DNA from: a virus
Lineage: Duplodnaviria > Caudoviricetes
Reading direction: 5' to 3' (one strand)
DNA: 55,218 nucleotides
IMG/VR virus record: IMGVR_UViG_3300023179_000132
Location: 1-55,218 of that record
The notes beneath the pieces are model-generated. The model searched no databases, was not told where the DNA came from, and was given only the letters and a program-made list of their open reading frames with translations. Below, piece by piece: positions 27,527-37,302 of the stretch. Made by a program: the position numbers and the translations under genes. Numbering within the stretch: position 1 is the first letter of the stretch; each line of letters begins with the position of its first letter.

Positions 27527-29265
27527 TGGCTTCAGAAGCAGACTACACTTCTCGTGACTTTGACTCACTTAGAGCTGACTTAATTAAGGTTGTACAAGAA
27601 AGAGTACCTGAATGGACTCCCGACAGTTCCTCAGACTTTACAGTAGCCCTTATAGATGCTTTTTCTTATCTTGGAGATAATATCTCTTTCTATATTGATA
27701 GAGCAATGTATGAGTCTCAAATAGCTACTGCAACTCAAAAAAACACGCTGTTAAATTTTGCAGACCTTGTTGGATATGAAGTTTCAGGCCCACAACCTGC
27801 CTATATGGCGCTTACCGTTACCAATAACACTGCAGGTAGTATAGACCTTCCTGTCGGAACTCAAGTACGAGCTCCGATCTACACAGGTGATTTTACTAAT
27901 GCATACTTTGAAACAACCAGCGCTATAACTGGCTTAGCTGCTGGAGCTAGTACCCAAGTTGTCGCTATAGAAGGAGAAACTAAGTCTGGAGGACTGGATA
28001 GTAATTCATACTTAGTTCCTTTAAAGATTGGGGATGCTCCTCAATACGCATATGAAGAGTACAAACTACCCCACAACGGAGTTATAAATGATTCACTTAG
28101 AGTATATGTAGGTGAAGGAGACTCTTTAGTTGAGTGGAAAAAAGTATCTAATCTTTATGAGTATGGGCCGTACTCTGAGGTATATACAACAAGACTAGAT
28201 GAGGATGGCTATATACACGTAGCTTTTGGCGATGACGAGTCTGGTTCTGTACCTACTGGTATTGTCTCTGCTATATATAAAGTTGGGGTAGGAGCAGCTG
28301 GAAACATTATTGCCTCAACAACACCTATAGATCCATACCCAACTTATATTCCAGGGACGTCACAATCTGCGCTTCAAACTTATGGAGTCACTGTAACAAA
28401 TAACGCAGATGCTTTTGGTGGAACTGATGGCGATACTCTTGCTTCTCTAAGGCTAAATATTAAGAATGTATTGGCTGTAAGAAATCAAGCAGTTACGGTA
28501 AAAGACTACGCTAAATTAGCGCTTAATCTTTATGGTGTAGGAAGATCTTATGTATCTTCTGCAGTAGCCTCAGCGGTTACGGTCTATATTCAACCGTATA
28601 ACGATAATTCTGCAACTCCTGGAGTTACGGTTGCATCATACACAACTTCTATTACCGGAAGCAGTGGAGCAACAACTATTACGGTTGGCTCTGCCACTAA
28701 CCTAGCTGTTGGACAAGCCGTTAATGGCACGGGTATTGGCACAGGAGCAACTGTCACAAATATTTCTGGTACTACAGTAACTCTTTCTGTAGCTAATTCT
28801 GGAGCAGTTAGTGGTACTGGAACCTTCTCTAGTACTACTCCAACTTCCTCTTGGTACACCCTTAGAGACGGAGTTTACTCTCTGTTATCTTCTCGGTCTC
28901 CACTAAATACTACGGTTCAAGTATTCCCACCGACATATGTTGATACTTATCTATCGTTGTCTTTGACTGTGGACTCTAGGTATAAAAATAGAGATGTACA
29001 GATCGAAGTGGCTAAAATGTTACTAGATACCTATATTGGATTATTTTCTTACAATAGCTACGGTTTTGGTGAAGATGTTCTTCAGTCTGACATAATTGTT
29101 AGAGCTAGATCTGTCCCCGGAGTTTTAAACGCTACGATTTCTAGACTAAACCGTACTGGAGATGTAAGCGCTGTTGGCGACGTTCCAATAAACGCCGGTG
29201 AAATTGCAATTTTGAAGTCAGATAATCTTTCAATATCGGCCAGTGGTGGCATAACGGTATCGTAG
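27526..29265 (+). CDS. baseplate J-like wedge protein
   Basis: DYTSRDFDSLR..L...PEWT...SDF, FGD...G..P, G.G.AGN, GGTD.DT...R...AVT..DY. Confidence 0.92.
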   Translation: MASEADYTSRDFDSLRADLIKVVQERVPEWTPDSSSDFTVALIDAFSYLGDNISFYIDRAMYESQIATATQKNTLLNFADLVGYEVSGPQPAYMALTVTNNTAGSIDLPVGTQVRAPIYTGDFTNAYFETTSAITGLAAGASTQVVAIEGETKSGGLDSNSYLVPLKIGDAPQYAYEEYKLPHNGVINDSLRVYVGEGDSLVEWKKVSNLYEYGPYSEVYTTRLDEDGYIHVAFGDDESGSVPTGIVSAIYKVGVGAAGNIIASTTPIDPYPTYIPGTSQSALQTYGVTVTNNADAFGGTDGDTLASLRLNIKNVLAVRNQAVTVKDYAKLALNLYGVGRSYVSSAVASAVTVYIQPYNDNSATPGVTVASYTTSITGSSGATTITVGSATNLAVGQAVNGTGIGTGATVTNISGTTVTLSVANSGAVSGTGTFSSTTPTSSWYTLRDGVYSLLSSRSPLNTTVQVFPPTYVDTYLSLSLTVDSRYKNRDVQIEVAKMLLDTYIGLFSYNSYGFGEDVLQSDIIVRARSVPGVLNATISRLNRTGDVSAVGDVPINAGEIAILKSDNLSISASGGITVS

Positions 29266-29274
29266 TTATTTAGA

Positions 29275-29310
29275 GTTTAAAAGGATTTATTCTCAATTAT
29301 CAGAGAATAT
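29275..29310 (+). promoter_or_regulatory. candidate late promoter
   Basis: GTTTA-AAAG-GATT-N17-GAATAT. Confidence 0.45.
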
Positions 29311-29348
29311 ATAAGGAGGGAACTTCCACTAATTATGGAGATTAATAA

Positions 29349-29891
29349 ATGGCTTCTACATTTCCAGCTTCTTCAGTAGATACCTTTACACAAGTTACAG
29401 ACTTGGTAAGCGTAGTAAAAGCGGCAGACATAAACCCAGTCTATGATGCGGTTACCGCCATAGAAACTACTTTAGGTACCGGCATTAACTATGCGTATTC
29501 CGGAACATCTGCGTTTGATGCTACCGCATCAAGTTTTACTAATGTAAAGCTTCGCCTTGATAATATTGAAAGAGGCTTAAAATACGGTAACTTGACGCAT
29601 AATGCGCCTAGTGGAACTGTTGCATTAACCCTAAAGAATCAATCATCTGGAAACACCTCGGATCTTCTACAAACCCAGGCTTCAGGAACTTCCACAGTGG
29701 CCTTTAAGGTTGATAAGTCTGGCATTCCTTATGTAGGTAGTAATGCCGTTTTGTATGCAGATACTGTAAACAATGCGCCATATGGCACTATTAAAAGTGA
29801 TATTTCTACTTTGCAGAGTCAATATACGGCTCTAAATGCCACTGTTAACGTGATCCAGGTTATGGATCCCCTATTTCTTGCCGGGATGTAA
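29349..29891 (+). CDS. minor tail/fibre protein
   Basis: FP.S.D.FT...D....V.A.DIN...DAV.AIE..LG is a common fibre N-terminus. Confidence 0.7.
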   Translation: MASTFPASSVDTFTQVTDLVSVVKAADINPVYDAVTAIETTLGTGINYAYSGTSAFDATASSFTNVKLRLDNIERGLKYGNLTHNAPSGTVALTLKNQSSGNTSDLLQTQASGTSTVAFKVDKSGIPYVGSNAVLYADTVNNAPYGTIKSDISTLQSQYTALNATVNVIQVMDPLFLAGM

Positions 29892-29895
29892 TACT

Positions 29896-30219
29896 ATGTC
29901 AGGATCCGCAGTAAGCTTAGCAAATGTAGCGTACACCTTTGAAATTTTGTCTGTATCGGCTGCAGCCTTTGTTGCAGTGCGGCAAATATGGAAAAGAATT
30001 GACAATCGTCAAGAAAATCTTGAAAGGACTGCTGAAAGACTTGAGGATCGACTTGAGCGTATAGAGCATCAGTTTGGTCCTAATGGTGGGGGTCTTCGGG
30101 AGGCAGTAAATAATATGTCGTCAACTGTGTCAAAAATTGACACAAAAGTAGGTAAACTAGGAGAGGATTTATCCAACCTTTCGGGTAAATTTCATCAGCA
30201 TATTATTGAAAACGATTAA
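29896..30219 (+). CDS. membrane-anchored coiled-coil protein (holin/lysis accessory candidate)
   Basis: N-terminal hydrophobic helix, QFGPNGGGLRE turn, coiled coil. Confidence 0.65.
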   Translation: MSGSAVSLANVAYTFEILSVSAAAFVAVRQIWKRIDNRQENLERTAERLEDRLERIEHQFGPNGGGLREAVNNMSSTVSKIDTKVGKLGEDLSNLSGKFHQHIIEND

Positions 30220-30241
30220 TACTCTAAGGTCGGTATACTAA

Positions 30242-33200
30242 ATGGCAAGATATAACAGCGGGTTTGTCTATAACCCGAGTACTAGTTCTGGAACTTTTTA
30301 TGGAGCTAAAGATCCAGCAACAACTGTTTTTGACGCAAATTTAACGGTATTTCAATCTGACTACAGAAAAAACAAATTAACTTGGAGCTCTGTAGATATA
30401 GATTTAACTATCTCTGGTGGAAGCCATGCTGCTACTCACTGGAAAATTGTAAAATCTCCTTCCGGCGTTCCTGACCATCCTAATTATGCTACATATGTTG
30501 TAGGGGATGCAGTTGGTACAGACGGTAAAGTTCCAAGCAGTGCCTCTGCATTCAACGGATATTATCTAGATAACGAAACTAAATATCCTGCTGGTACTGA
30601 AATTACTTATTCTTTTTGGGTTTACAACAGCGTTGATTGGTTTTTTTGTGGTTCTGCAGACTCTATAGTTGTAGAAGACTCTGCTAATACAACTCTTAAA
30701 TTAATGCAGCTACTGCCTAGTGTTTGGGTTACAGGAAAATATTCTATAGGTGGCATGGCTTCATATCCAGATACTATAGATCCAGTTACCGGTGAAAAAA
30801 CTGATTTATACAAATACCTATATAATTTTGGATTTTACTACGATAAGCTAAACCAACAAGTAGACAACCTATACAACTCTAGTAATTATCGTAAACTTCC
30901 TAGAAGATACTTAGAACTTGCTTTAATTAATCTAGGTTTTGACTACGAACCAACTTTAGGCACAAAGTACGGAAAAAGCCTATACAGATTTGGTAACATG
31001 ATTAACTCCTTAAAGGGATCTAGCCTTGGAGTAAGCACGTACATAAGATCTCTTACTCATCTTACAAATACTGTAGGTATAGGCACTAACTTAATGCTTA
31101 ACGCTGCTACATCTTCTTTTGAAGGCAACGTAGGAACTTGGGGCGGAGATACAACCTCATTTAGTATTACAAAAACTAAAGTAGCAAGCACTTATGGGTC
31201 TCCTTCTTCAGCAGTTATTACTTTGAGCTCAGACCATAATTTTAACGTTAATGATTTGGTTACTGTATCTGGAGTAAGTGCAAACGGATCTATCTATAAT
31301 GGGACTTTCGTAATTCAAAGTATTCCAAGTACCACATCATTTACCTATGTTGTTAATAGTCCTACAATTGCAGAAGTTACTGGAACCTTAGGCACAGTAA
31401 CGCACTCTATTATTTTCGCAAAAAAATATGGTGCAAGTGGTTCAGATTTATCTACGGCAGATAAACCTACATTAAAGCTGGCTGATACGGATAATATGGG
31501 CCGTGATTGGTATGGGCAAGTAGTTTTGGCAGGTACTTCTGCAACTATGACAACCTACTATAACTCTGCTAATTCTTCTAAGACTTCTCAGAGTGTGCCA
31601 GTAACCCCCGGAAATGAATACTATTTCTCAGGATACGTAAGAAGACCTACAGGAAATGCTTCCGGAACAACGTCAACGGCAGGAATACAAGCTGCTATTG
31701 AATGGTTTGATTTTCAAGGTAACTATGTAGGAAGCTCTAACTACGGTACTAAAGTCGTTACTACAACTGCAAATACGTGGTACTTGTTTGAGTCTTCTTT
31801 ATACAATGATCAAATTATTGCACCGGCTACTGCAGCATACGCAGGCATTAAGCTTTATATTTCTGGGGCTACTTCAGCAGATAAGTTTTATTTAGACAGC
31901 TTACAGTTTACTAAATTCCCAGACAATCATAATATCTCGTATAAAATGGGTCTTCCAATATACGAAGAAGCACGTACTGCAACTCTTCAAATAGACGCTG
32001 TGCGAACTAACCTTATTCGTAACCCTTCTTTTGAAGTAGACGTATCAAGCTGGGGCTATTTAAATGGCCGTCTAACACTAGATACTTCTAATTATAAAAC
32101 TGGCTCTAGTTCTTGCTTATTTACAGCTAACTCAACTACTGGAGCTGTTCACTCAGACTGGATGGTATTAGAGCCTGATTCTTGGTATACCTTTAGCGCA
32201 TATGTAAAAGGCCCAAATACAAAAACTGCAAAAGTTGGGCTAGAATTTACATTTCCTACAGGCGATAAAAATAATTCAAATACTATCACGGATGTTTCTA
32301 GAACTGCTGGCAGTTCTACAACGACAATAACTACTTCTCAAGAACACGGCTATGTTACTGGAGATCAGGTAGTAATATCAGACACTTATGACGCTACTAC
32401 GTTAGTATTAAGATCGGCAACGTCTCCAACAGCTATAGGAAGTTCTTTAGTAGATCGAATACCGGTAACTTCTACAGGAACTTATAGCGTCAGTCTTGTA
32501 GCAAAAGCTGCAACAAATATAAGTAAACCTTTTAGCGTTAATATATCTTTTTATGATAGCTCCGGCGCACCAATCTCAGGGTACGGTGTTGACTCTACTA
32601 TAACTAACTCTTGGTCAACATTTACGTTTGCTCCGTTATCACCACCAGCTGGTGCCGTCTCCGCAATAGTCTATGTTTATGTAGAAAACGGTGCTGTAGG
32701 TAATACGTTTAATATACAATCCTGCACTTTTATTTCTAATGAAGGCATAGTAACAAAAACTAAAAAAATAAATTTAACTAAGTATAAGGATGTAGCTGGA
32801 AGTACAACTAACTCTGGCATACCCTACGTATACACTTTTAATGGAACGTACATTATTACTAAAGTAAATGACACTCAATTTACAATAAGTACGTATGACA
32901 CTACTGCGTTAAGTCTTACTGGGTTAGCAGGAAAAGTAGAGCAAGTAAGTCAAACAACAATTCTTGAAGATGGGTATAGTAAGTATTTAACTACTGTTCC
33001 AAATTTAAAATACTCTAGTGAAGTCACAGTAAATCCGGATACATGGACAAGAATCTACTACACGGTTCGATCCCCTAAATATGTGCCCGATAATGGAGCT
33101 CCAATTGCTAAAGCAGTTATATCTTTTCCAAATACTTCAAGTGCGGAACAATATTGGGTTGATGCGTGCTTGCTTGAAAAGAGTAAAGTACTTGATACTT

Positions 33201-34690
33201 TCTTTAGTGGGGCTGGAGGCGCATCTCTTACTAACCCATTAACTGAAAATGCTGTTGCTCTTGTTGACTGTTTATGGGAAAAAAGAGTACGCACTAACTG
33301 GGTAGATCAGTCTACTTTTAGCGGCCTCACAACAGGCTCTGCTGCAAGTAGATGGTCAAATACTAATGCTAGCTCAACAGTCAGTGAAGATTTTTCTAAA
33401 TTTGGGTCTAAGTCTTTAAAGGTTGTAATAACAAGTACCGGGGCATATCACAATGTGTATACCATACTTAAATATCCTTCTAAAAAGACTTTAAATACGG
33501 GGTACACAGGTACAGATCTTTTCTATGGTGGAGAAACCGTAACTGCATCTGCTTATATTTATACAGCTACTGCAGGGTACTACAACATTATTCTTAGTAA
33601 TAACTCAGGAACCAATACATACGGCTCTCTTGGACACATTAGCGCAATATACAGAACTAATGTCGGACAAGCAATTGATATATCTAGTGTGGCAAGTAAC
33701 TACGGCCAATATGTTCCAGCTAATACCTGGACAAGAATTAGCCAGACATTTACATTACCTAGAAATACTTCTACATCAACTGTTGGATGTCGCCTTGGTA
33801 TAGGAGGTCCTGTTGGAACTATGTATATTGACGGAGTTCAACTAGAAGTTGGCAGAACACCCACGCCTTTTATAGATCCGGCTTTAGCATCTTCTGTAGG
33901 AAATGCTAACCCTAAAGATACCTCCTACACAATTTACTCTTCTGAAGATTATCTAAATAATTCAGGTAGAAGCTATTACTGGCCTAGACGTGAAAGTAAG
34001 TTTGTTAGATTAGGTCTAGCCGTATCAGACTATCTACCTTTAGACATGAAGAAAAAGTTTATATATGGAAAGCCACAGCCTGCTAAATGGCCGGAATCAG
34101 ATAGCTCTCTTGTGCCTAACTCTTCTTTTGAAAACGGTACTGAGGGATGGGTGCCAGTAGAAGCTACGACTACCGTGTTGTCTTACACCGGCATGGGGTC
34201 TTTATATGTGGACCCCGGAACTGGAAAAAATACTCTTTGTGGAGCGTATAGTCCTTCCTGGTTACTAGTTGGCAGTACTTCTTCAACTCCAGCTTCTTTG
34301 AGTGTAACGTCTCCTTGGACTCCTATATTTTCTCCAGGATACCGTCACTATGTGTCTATGGCTATTAAAACTGCCCCAACTAGTAGTTCAAGTTCTGATT
34401 ACAACAGCTCAAAGGGAGACTACGTTGTAACTATTACTTGGTACGGTGCCGATAAGACAACTTCTTTAGGGACATCTACCTTAAACACTTTAACCTTGAC
34501 TGGCGGAAACACAAACGGTGCTGGAAATACCTTTGGTATTTATGGAAATCGTTGGAATATTGCGGACGGGTATGTGACTCCGCCTATAGGAACTTCGTAT
34601 GCTAGAATCAACGTAGCTTTTACCCCTACAACCCCATCTGGGTATAATGCGTACTTTGTAGATAGGGTAATACTAAGAGAAACATCTTAG
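30242..34690 (+). CDS. large baseplate wedge/tail fibre protein with repeated carbohydrate-binding-like modules
   Basis: P2 gpI-like segment (L...LP..W...DLYKYL..FGF..D...KGS..G); repeats NLML.A.TSSFE, NLIRNPSFE and SLVPNSSFE...W resemble CBM4/9. Confidence 0.8.
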   Translation: MARYNSGFVYNPSTSSGTFYGAKDPATTVFDANLTVFQSDYRKNKLTWSSVDIDLTISGGSHAATHWKIVKSPSGVPDHPNYATYVVGDAVGTDGKVPSSASAFNGYYLDNETKYPAGTEITYSFWVYNSVDWFFCGSADSIVVEDSANTTLKLMQLLPSVWVTGKYSIGGMASYPDTIDPVTGEKTDLYKYLYNFGFYYDKLNQQVDNLYNSSNYRKLPRRYLELALINLGFDYEPTLGTKYGKSLYRFGNMINSLKGSSLGVSTYIRSLTHLTNTVGIGTNLMLNAATSSFEGNVGTWGGDTTSFSITKTKVASTYGSPSSAVITLSSDHNFNVNDLVTVSGVSANGSIYNGTFVIQSIPSTTSFTYVVNSPTIAEVTGTLGTVTHSIIFAKKYGASGSDLSTADKPTLKLADTDNMGRDWYGQVVLAGTSATMTTYYNSANSSKTSQSVPVTPGNEYYFSGYVRRPTGNASGTTSTAGIQAAIEWFDFQGNYVGSSNYGTKVVTTTANTWYLFESSLYNDQIIAPATAAYAGIKLYISGATSADKFYLDSLQFTKFPDNHNISYKMGLPIYEEARTATLQIDAVRTNLIRNPSFEVDVSSWGYLNGRLTLDTSNYKTGSSSCLFTANSTTGAVHSDWMVLEPDSWYTFSAYVKGPNTKTAKVGLEFTFPTGDKNNSNTITDVSRTAGSSTTTITTSQEHGYVTGDQVVISDTYDATTLVLRSATSPTAIGSSLVDRIPVTSTGTYSVSLVAKAATNISKPFSVNISFYDSSGAPISGYGVDSTITNSWSTFTFAPLSPPAGAVSAIVYVYVENGAVGNTFNIQSCTFISNEGIVTKTKKINLTKYKDVAGSTTNSGIPYVYTFNGTYIITKVNDTQFTISTYDTTALSLTGLAGKVEQVSQTTILEDGYSKYLTTVPNLKYSSEVTVNPDTWTRIYYTVRSPKYVPDNGAPIAKAVISFPNTSSAEQYWVDACLLEKSKVLDTFFSGAGGASLTNPLTENAVALVDCLWEKRVRTNWVDQSTFSGLTTGSAASRWSNTNASSTVSEDFSKFGSKSLKVVITSTGAYHNVYTILKYPSKKTLNTGYTGTDLFYGGETVTASAYIYTATAGYYNIILSNNSGTNTYGSLGHISAIYRTNVGQAIDISSVASNYGQYVPANTWTRISQTFTLPRNTSTSTVGCRLGIGGPVGTMYIDGVQLEVGRTPTPFIDPALASSVGNANPKDTSYTIYSSEDYLNNSGRSYYWPRRESKFVRLGLAVSDYLPLDMKKKFIYGKPQPAKWPESDSSLVPNSSFENGTEGWVPVEATTTVLSYTGMGSLYVDPGTGKNTLCGAYSPSWLLVGSTSSTPASLSVTSPWTPIFSPGYRHYVSMAIKTAPTSSSSSDYNSSKGDYVVTITWYGADKTTSLGTSTLNTLTLTGGNTNGAGNTFGIYGNRWNIADGYVTPPIGTSYARINVAFTPTTPSGYNAYFVDRVILRETS

Positions 34691-34704
34691 GGTATAGTGA
34701 GGGT

Positions 34705-34983
34705 ATGACAGATTTAGTAATTATCTCTTTGGCAACTGCCTTTGTATTAATAGGAGTTGAAGAACTCTTAATTTCCCTTGGAAAATGGAGGGGAGTTCTA
34801 GCGCTAGTATTATCATTAATAGGAGCAGTCTCAATTGGCACTTCCGGATGGGGTGTGTTAGTGTTCCTATCACTTGCTAGTTCCTTTGGTGGCATGACAT
34901 GTGCTATGTTAGTTAGCACCTTGATTGACTCAAGGGATCCGCGAGCAATTCGAGGCGTACCTAGGCGGGTACCGCCACTATAA
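34705..34983 (+). CDS. small three-TM membrane protein (holin candidate)
   Basis: Three hydrophobic segments and a basic tail; TATAGT-N6-ATG suggests a leaderless transcript. Confidence 0.65.
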   Translation: MTDLVIISLATAFVLIGVEELLISLGKWRGVLALVLSLIGAVSIGTSGWGVLVFLSLASSFGGMTCAMLVSTLIDSRDPRAIRGVPRRVPPL

Positions 34984-35000
34984 ATATCTAGGAGGGCTAG

Positions 35001-35909
35001 ATGATTGATCCTGCACCATTGCTGGATTCTAAACTATCGCTCCGTGCTAAAGGCATTTGGGGCCTTTACATGGCAGCAGGCAAAGCGCTTAGTGCTGCTG
35101 AAATATATCCATTAGTGCCTGAGGGCCGTGATGCGGTGCGTAAAGCTGTGCGCGAATTAATATCTGCAGGCTATGTTTCCGAGGTAAGTTTTAGGACTGA
35201 AAACGGTCAGTGGTCTTACCAGCTACAGGTTACCCAGGCCTGGTTTACCGGGGACGGATTTTCAGGCACCCTTTTATACGATACAGCTAATAGCTTAGAA
35301 GCTAATAGTACTTCAGTAGAACTTACTAACGTAAGTTCTACTAAAGTATCGGGCGTGCCGCCCGAGGAAGAGGAATATGTTGAAATGAGTTGGCCAGGAT
35401 TTGAAGATGAGCCAAAAGTACCTAAGGCAAAGATTGATGACTCAGACTCAGGAGCCATAGGCAAACTGACTGATCCCTTAGACAAAAAGGAAATGCGCAA
35501 GAAGAAATACAAAAAGACTAAGTTCAGTGCAGTTCCGGATAGCATGCTTAGGGGCTCTAGGCCAGAACAAGAGTGGACTACAAACGATTTGGTAGCAGAG
35601 TTCTACGACTTAGTGCGTGGACTAGATAGCTGGGCGCCTAGCCAAGTAAACGGCCAGCAACTAGCGTCCTGGATTAACCAAAAGGTTGGAGAAGGAATCG
35701 CTAGGTATACCGTCTTAAAAGCCATGCGCGGGTTCTTTAACGATCCGCGTTTGACAAAAGACCTAGGTGTAGGGCAACCTTTATGGCGTAGGTTCATTGC
35801 GTACTACCCAACCGTTCACGGAAAGTACGTAAATGACTTACCGGTAGAGTATGCTGATGAAGACTTCCTGAACCATCAGGAGAAGATGCTAAAGCTTTTG
35901 GAGGGCTAA
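35001..35909 (+). CDS. replication initiator-like protein (N-terminal winged HTH)
   Basis: D.KLSL.AKG.W....EGRDAVR.A.REL...GYV; directly upstream of a DnaC-like ATPase; AGGAGGG RBS. Confidence 0.75.
   Translation: MIDPAPLLDSKLSLRAKGIWGLYMAAGKALSAAEIYPLVPEGRDAVRKAVRELISAGYVSEVSFRTENGQWSYQLQVTQAWFTGDGFSGTLLYDTANSLEANSTSVELTNVSSTKVSGVPPEEEEYVEMSWPGFEDEPKVPKAKIDDSDSGAIGKLTDPLDKKEMRKKKYKKTKFSAVPDSMLRGSRPEQEWTTNDLVAEFYDLVRGLDSWAPSQVNGQQLASWINQKVGEGIARYTVLKAMRGFFNDPRLTKDLGVGQPLWRRFIAYYPTVHGKYVNDLPVEYADEDFLNHQEKMLKLLEG
35285..35348. other. candidate replication origin element inside rep: direct repeats plus 18-bp inverted repeat
   Basis: AGCTAATAG twice (35285, 35300); TACTTCAGTAGAACTTAC-TAAC-GTAAGTTCTACTAAAGTA with one mismatch. 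Confidence 0.5.
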
Positions 35910-36592
35910 TGTACGACCTATCTGATTTACGGCCATCGGTGCGCCGGCAGATAAATCTGGCTGGGATACCCCAGCGGTTTATAGGCCTGGAACTAGATGA
36001 CCTAAAGCCGTATGACGGAAATGCCCAAGCTGCAGTAGAAACTTGGATTTCCCTTGTAATTTCTGGGAAAATCATAAAGGCTCAGGGCTCAGTCAAGTGT
36101 GGCAAGGGATTACTTTTAGTCGGCAAGCCAGGACACGGGAAGACTACTCTTGCTAGTGTGGTACTGCAGGAGATCCTCCGGAAGGCTAATCCAGAAGTCT
36201 GGGGCCCACCAGAAACTTCTGTAAAAAACCCAGCACTATTTGTAGATTATCCAAAGTTGTTGCGCATTCAGCAACGATCTTGGAAAGAAGAAGATGGTTC
36301 TGATAGTTACCTAATGGAGCAGATCTACGGTGATGTACCTGGTTCCGATAACATAAGTCTGCTTGTGTTAGACGATCTTGGTAAAGAACATAGGACTGCA
36401 TCCGGGTGGGCTGAAAGCACGTTTGATGCTGTGCTAAGGTCTAGGTACAATGCAGGACTACCGACTATAGTTACAACTAATGTTCCACTTAAAAACTGGG
36501 GCGACGTTTATGGCGAAGCGATGGAAAGTTTTGCACACGAAGCGTTTGTACCCATTAATATAATTTCAACGGAGGGAGACCGCAGGAAATGA
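35909..36592 (+). CDS. DnaC/IstB-like helicase loader ATPase
   Basis: GKPGHGKTT, LLVLDDLGKE, RY...LPTIVTTN. Confidence 0.9.
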   Translation: MYDLSDLRPSVRRQINLAGIPQRFIGLELDDLKPYDGNAQAAVETWISLVISGKIIKAQGSVKCGKGLLLVGKPGHGKTTLASVVLQEILRKANPEVWGPPETSVKNPALFVDYPKLLRIQQRSWKEEDGSDSYLMEQIYGDVPGSDNISLLVLDDLGKEHRTASGWAESTFDAVLRSRYNAGLPTIVTTNVPLKNWGDVYGEAMESFAHEAFVPINIISTEGDRRK

Positions 36593-36891
36593 AGGATAGT
36601 ACAATGGCAAAGCAAGAGTGGCGTACAGTTCAATTTTTTCTATCACCAAGGGGCGTCTTTGAGGTAGAAGTTGATCTAGAAAGCGATAATGTACGTTGTA
36701 CTTGCCCGGGTTACGAAGCACGCAAAGCCTGTAAGCATGTACGCACTGTTAGCGCACGTGCAGAAAAAAATGACGGCGTGTATCCACTAAAGATCTCTTC
36801 ACGTGCTCCAGCGCACGAGAGTGCAAACGCTCTCAATTCACCAGATACGTTTCGTGAATTTGTAATTAAATACGGATACGTAGAGGTTTAG
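36589..36891 (+). CDS. SWIM zinc-finger protein
   Basis: CTCPGY....ACKH. Confidence 0.8.
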   Translation: MKDSTMAKQEWRTVQFFLSPRGVFEVEVDLESDNVRCTCPGYEARKACKHVRTVSARAEKNDGVYPLKISSRAPAHESANALNSPDTFREFVIKYGYVEV

Positions 36892-36894
36892 GGA

Positions 36895-37302
36895 ATGCAA
36901 GGAGGGGACTTAAGTAACGAAATACCTAAGAGGGTTGTAGTAACTTTAGACTGCGTTATTAACAAAGAATTAGTTACTAAAAAACTTCTTGGTGTTATTC
37001 CGCACATAACAGAAGAAATAACTTACGATCGCGGTATGCTTTCTCGTTTCTGGAATTATTCCATGGTAAACGGGTTCATACTAGAATTAGCAGGATTTGG
37101 ATTCTCTCAAAAAGAGATGGAAGAATTCATGGAAGACCTAGATAATTTAGGGACTAATCCATTTCGCTACGCAAAGGCGTATAGGGTAGTTGCAGATCTA
37201 GTGTCAGAATTGCCTTACCGTAATGAGCTAGTATGTGTAATTGACATACCGCCTCGTGCTTTACGATATGGTAGTTGGTACTACGACCTTGGGAGGGTTT
37301 AA
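36895..37302 (+). CDS. hypothetical protein
   Basis: GAGG RBS; coupled to dnaB. Confidence 0.75.
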   Translation: MQGGDLSNEIPKRVVVTLDCVINKELVTKKLLGVIPHITEEITYDRGMLSRFWNYSMVNGFILELAGFGFSQKEMEEFMEDLDNLGTNPFRYAKAYRVVADLVSELPYRNELVCVIDIPPRALRYGSWYYDLGRV

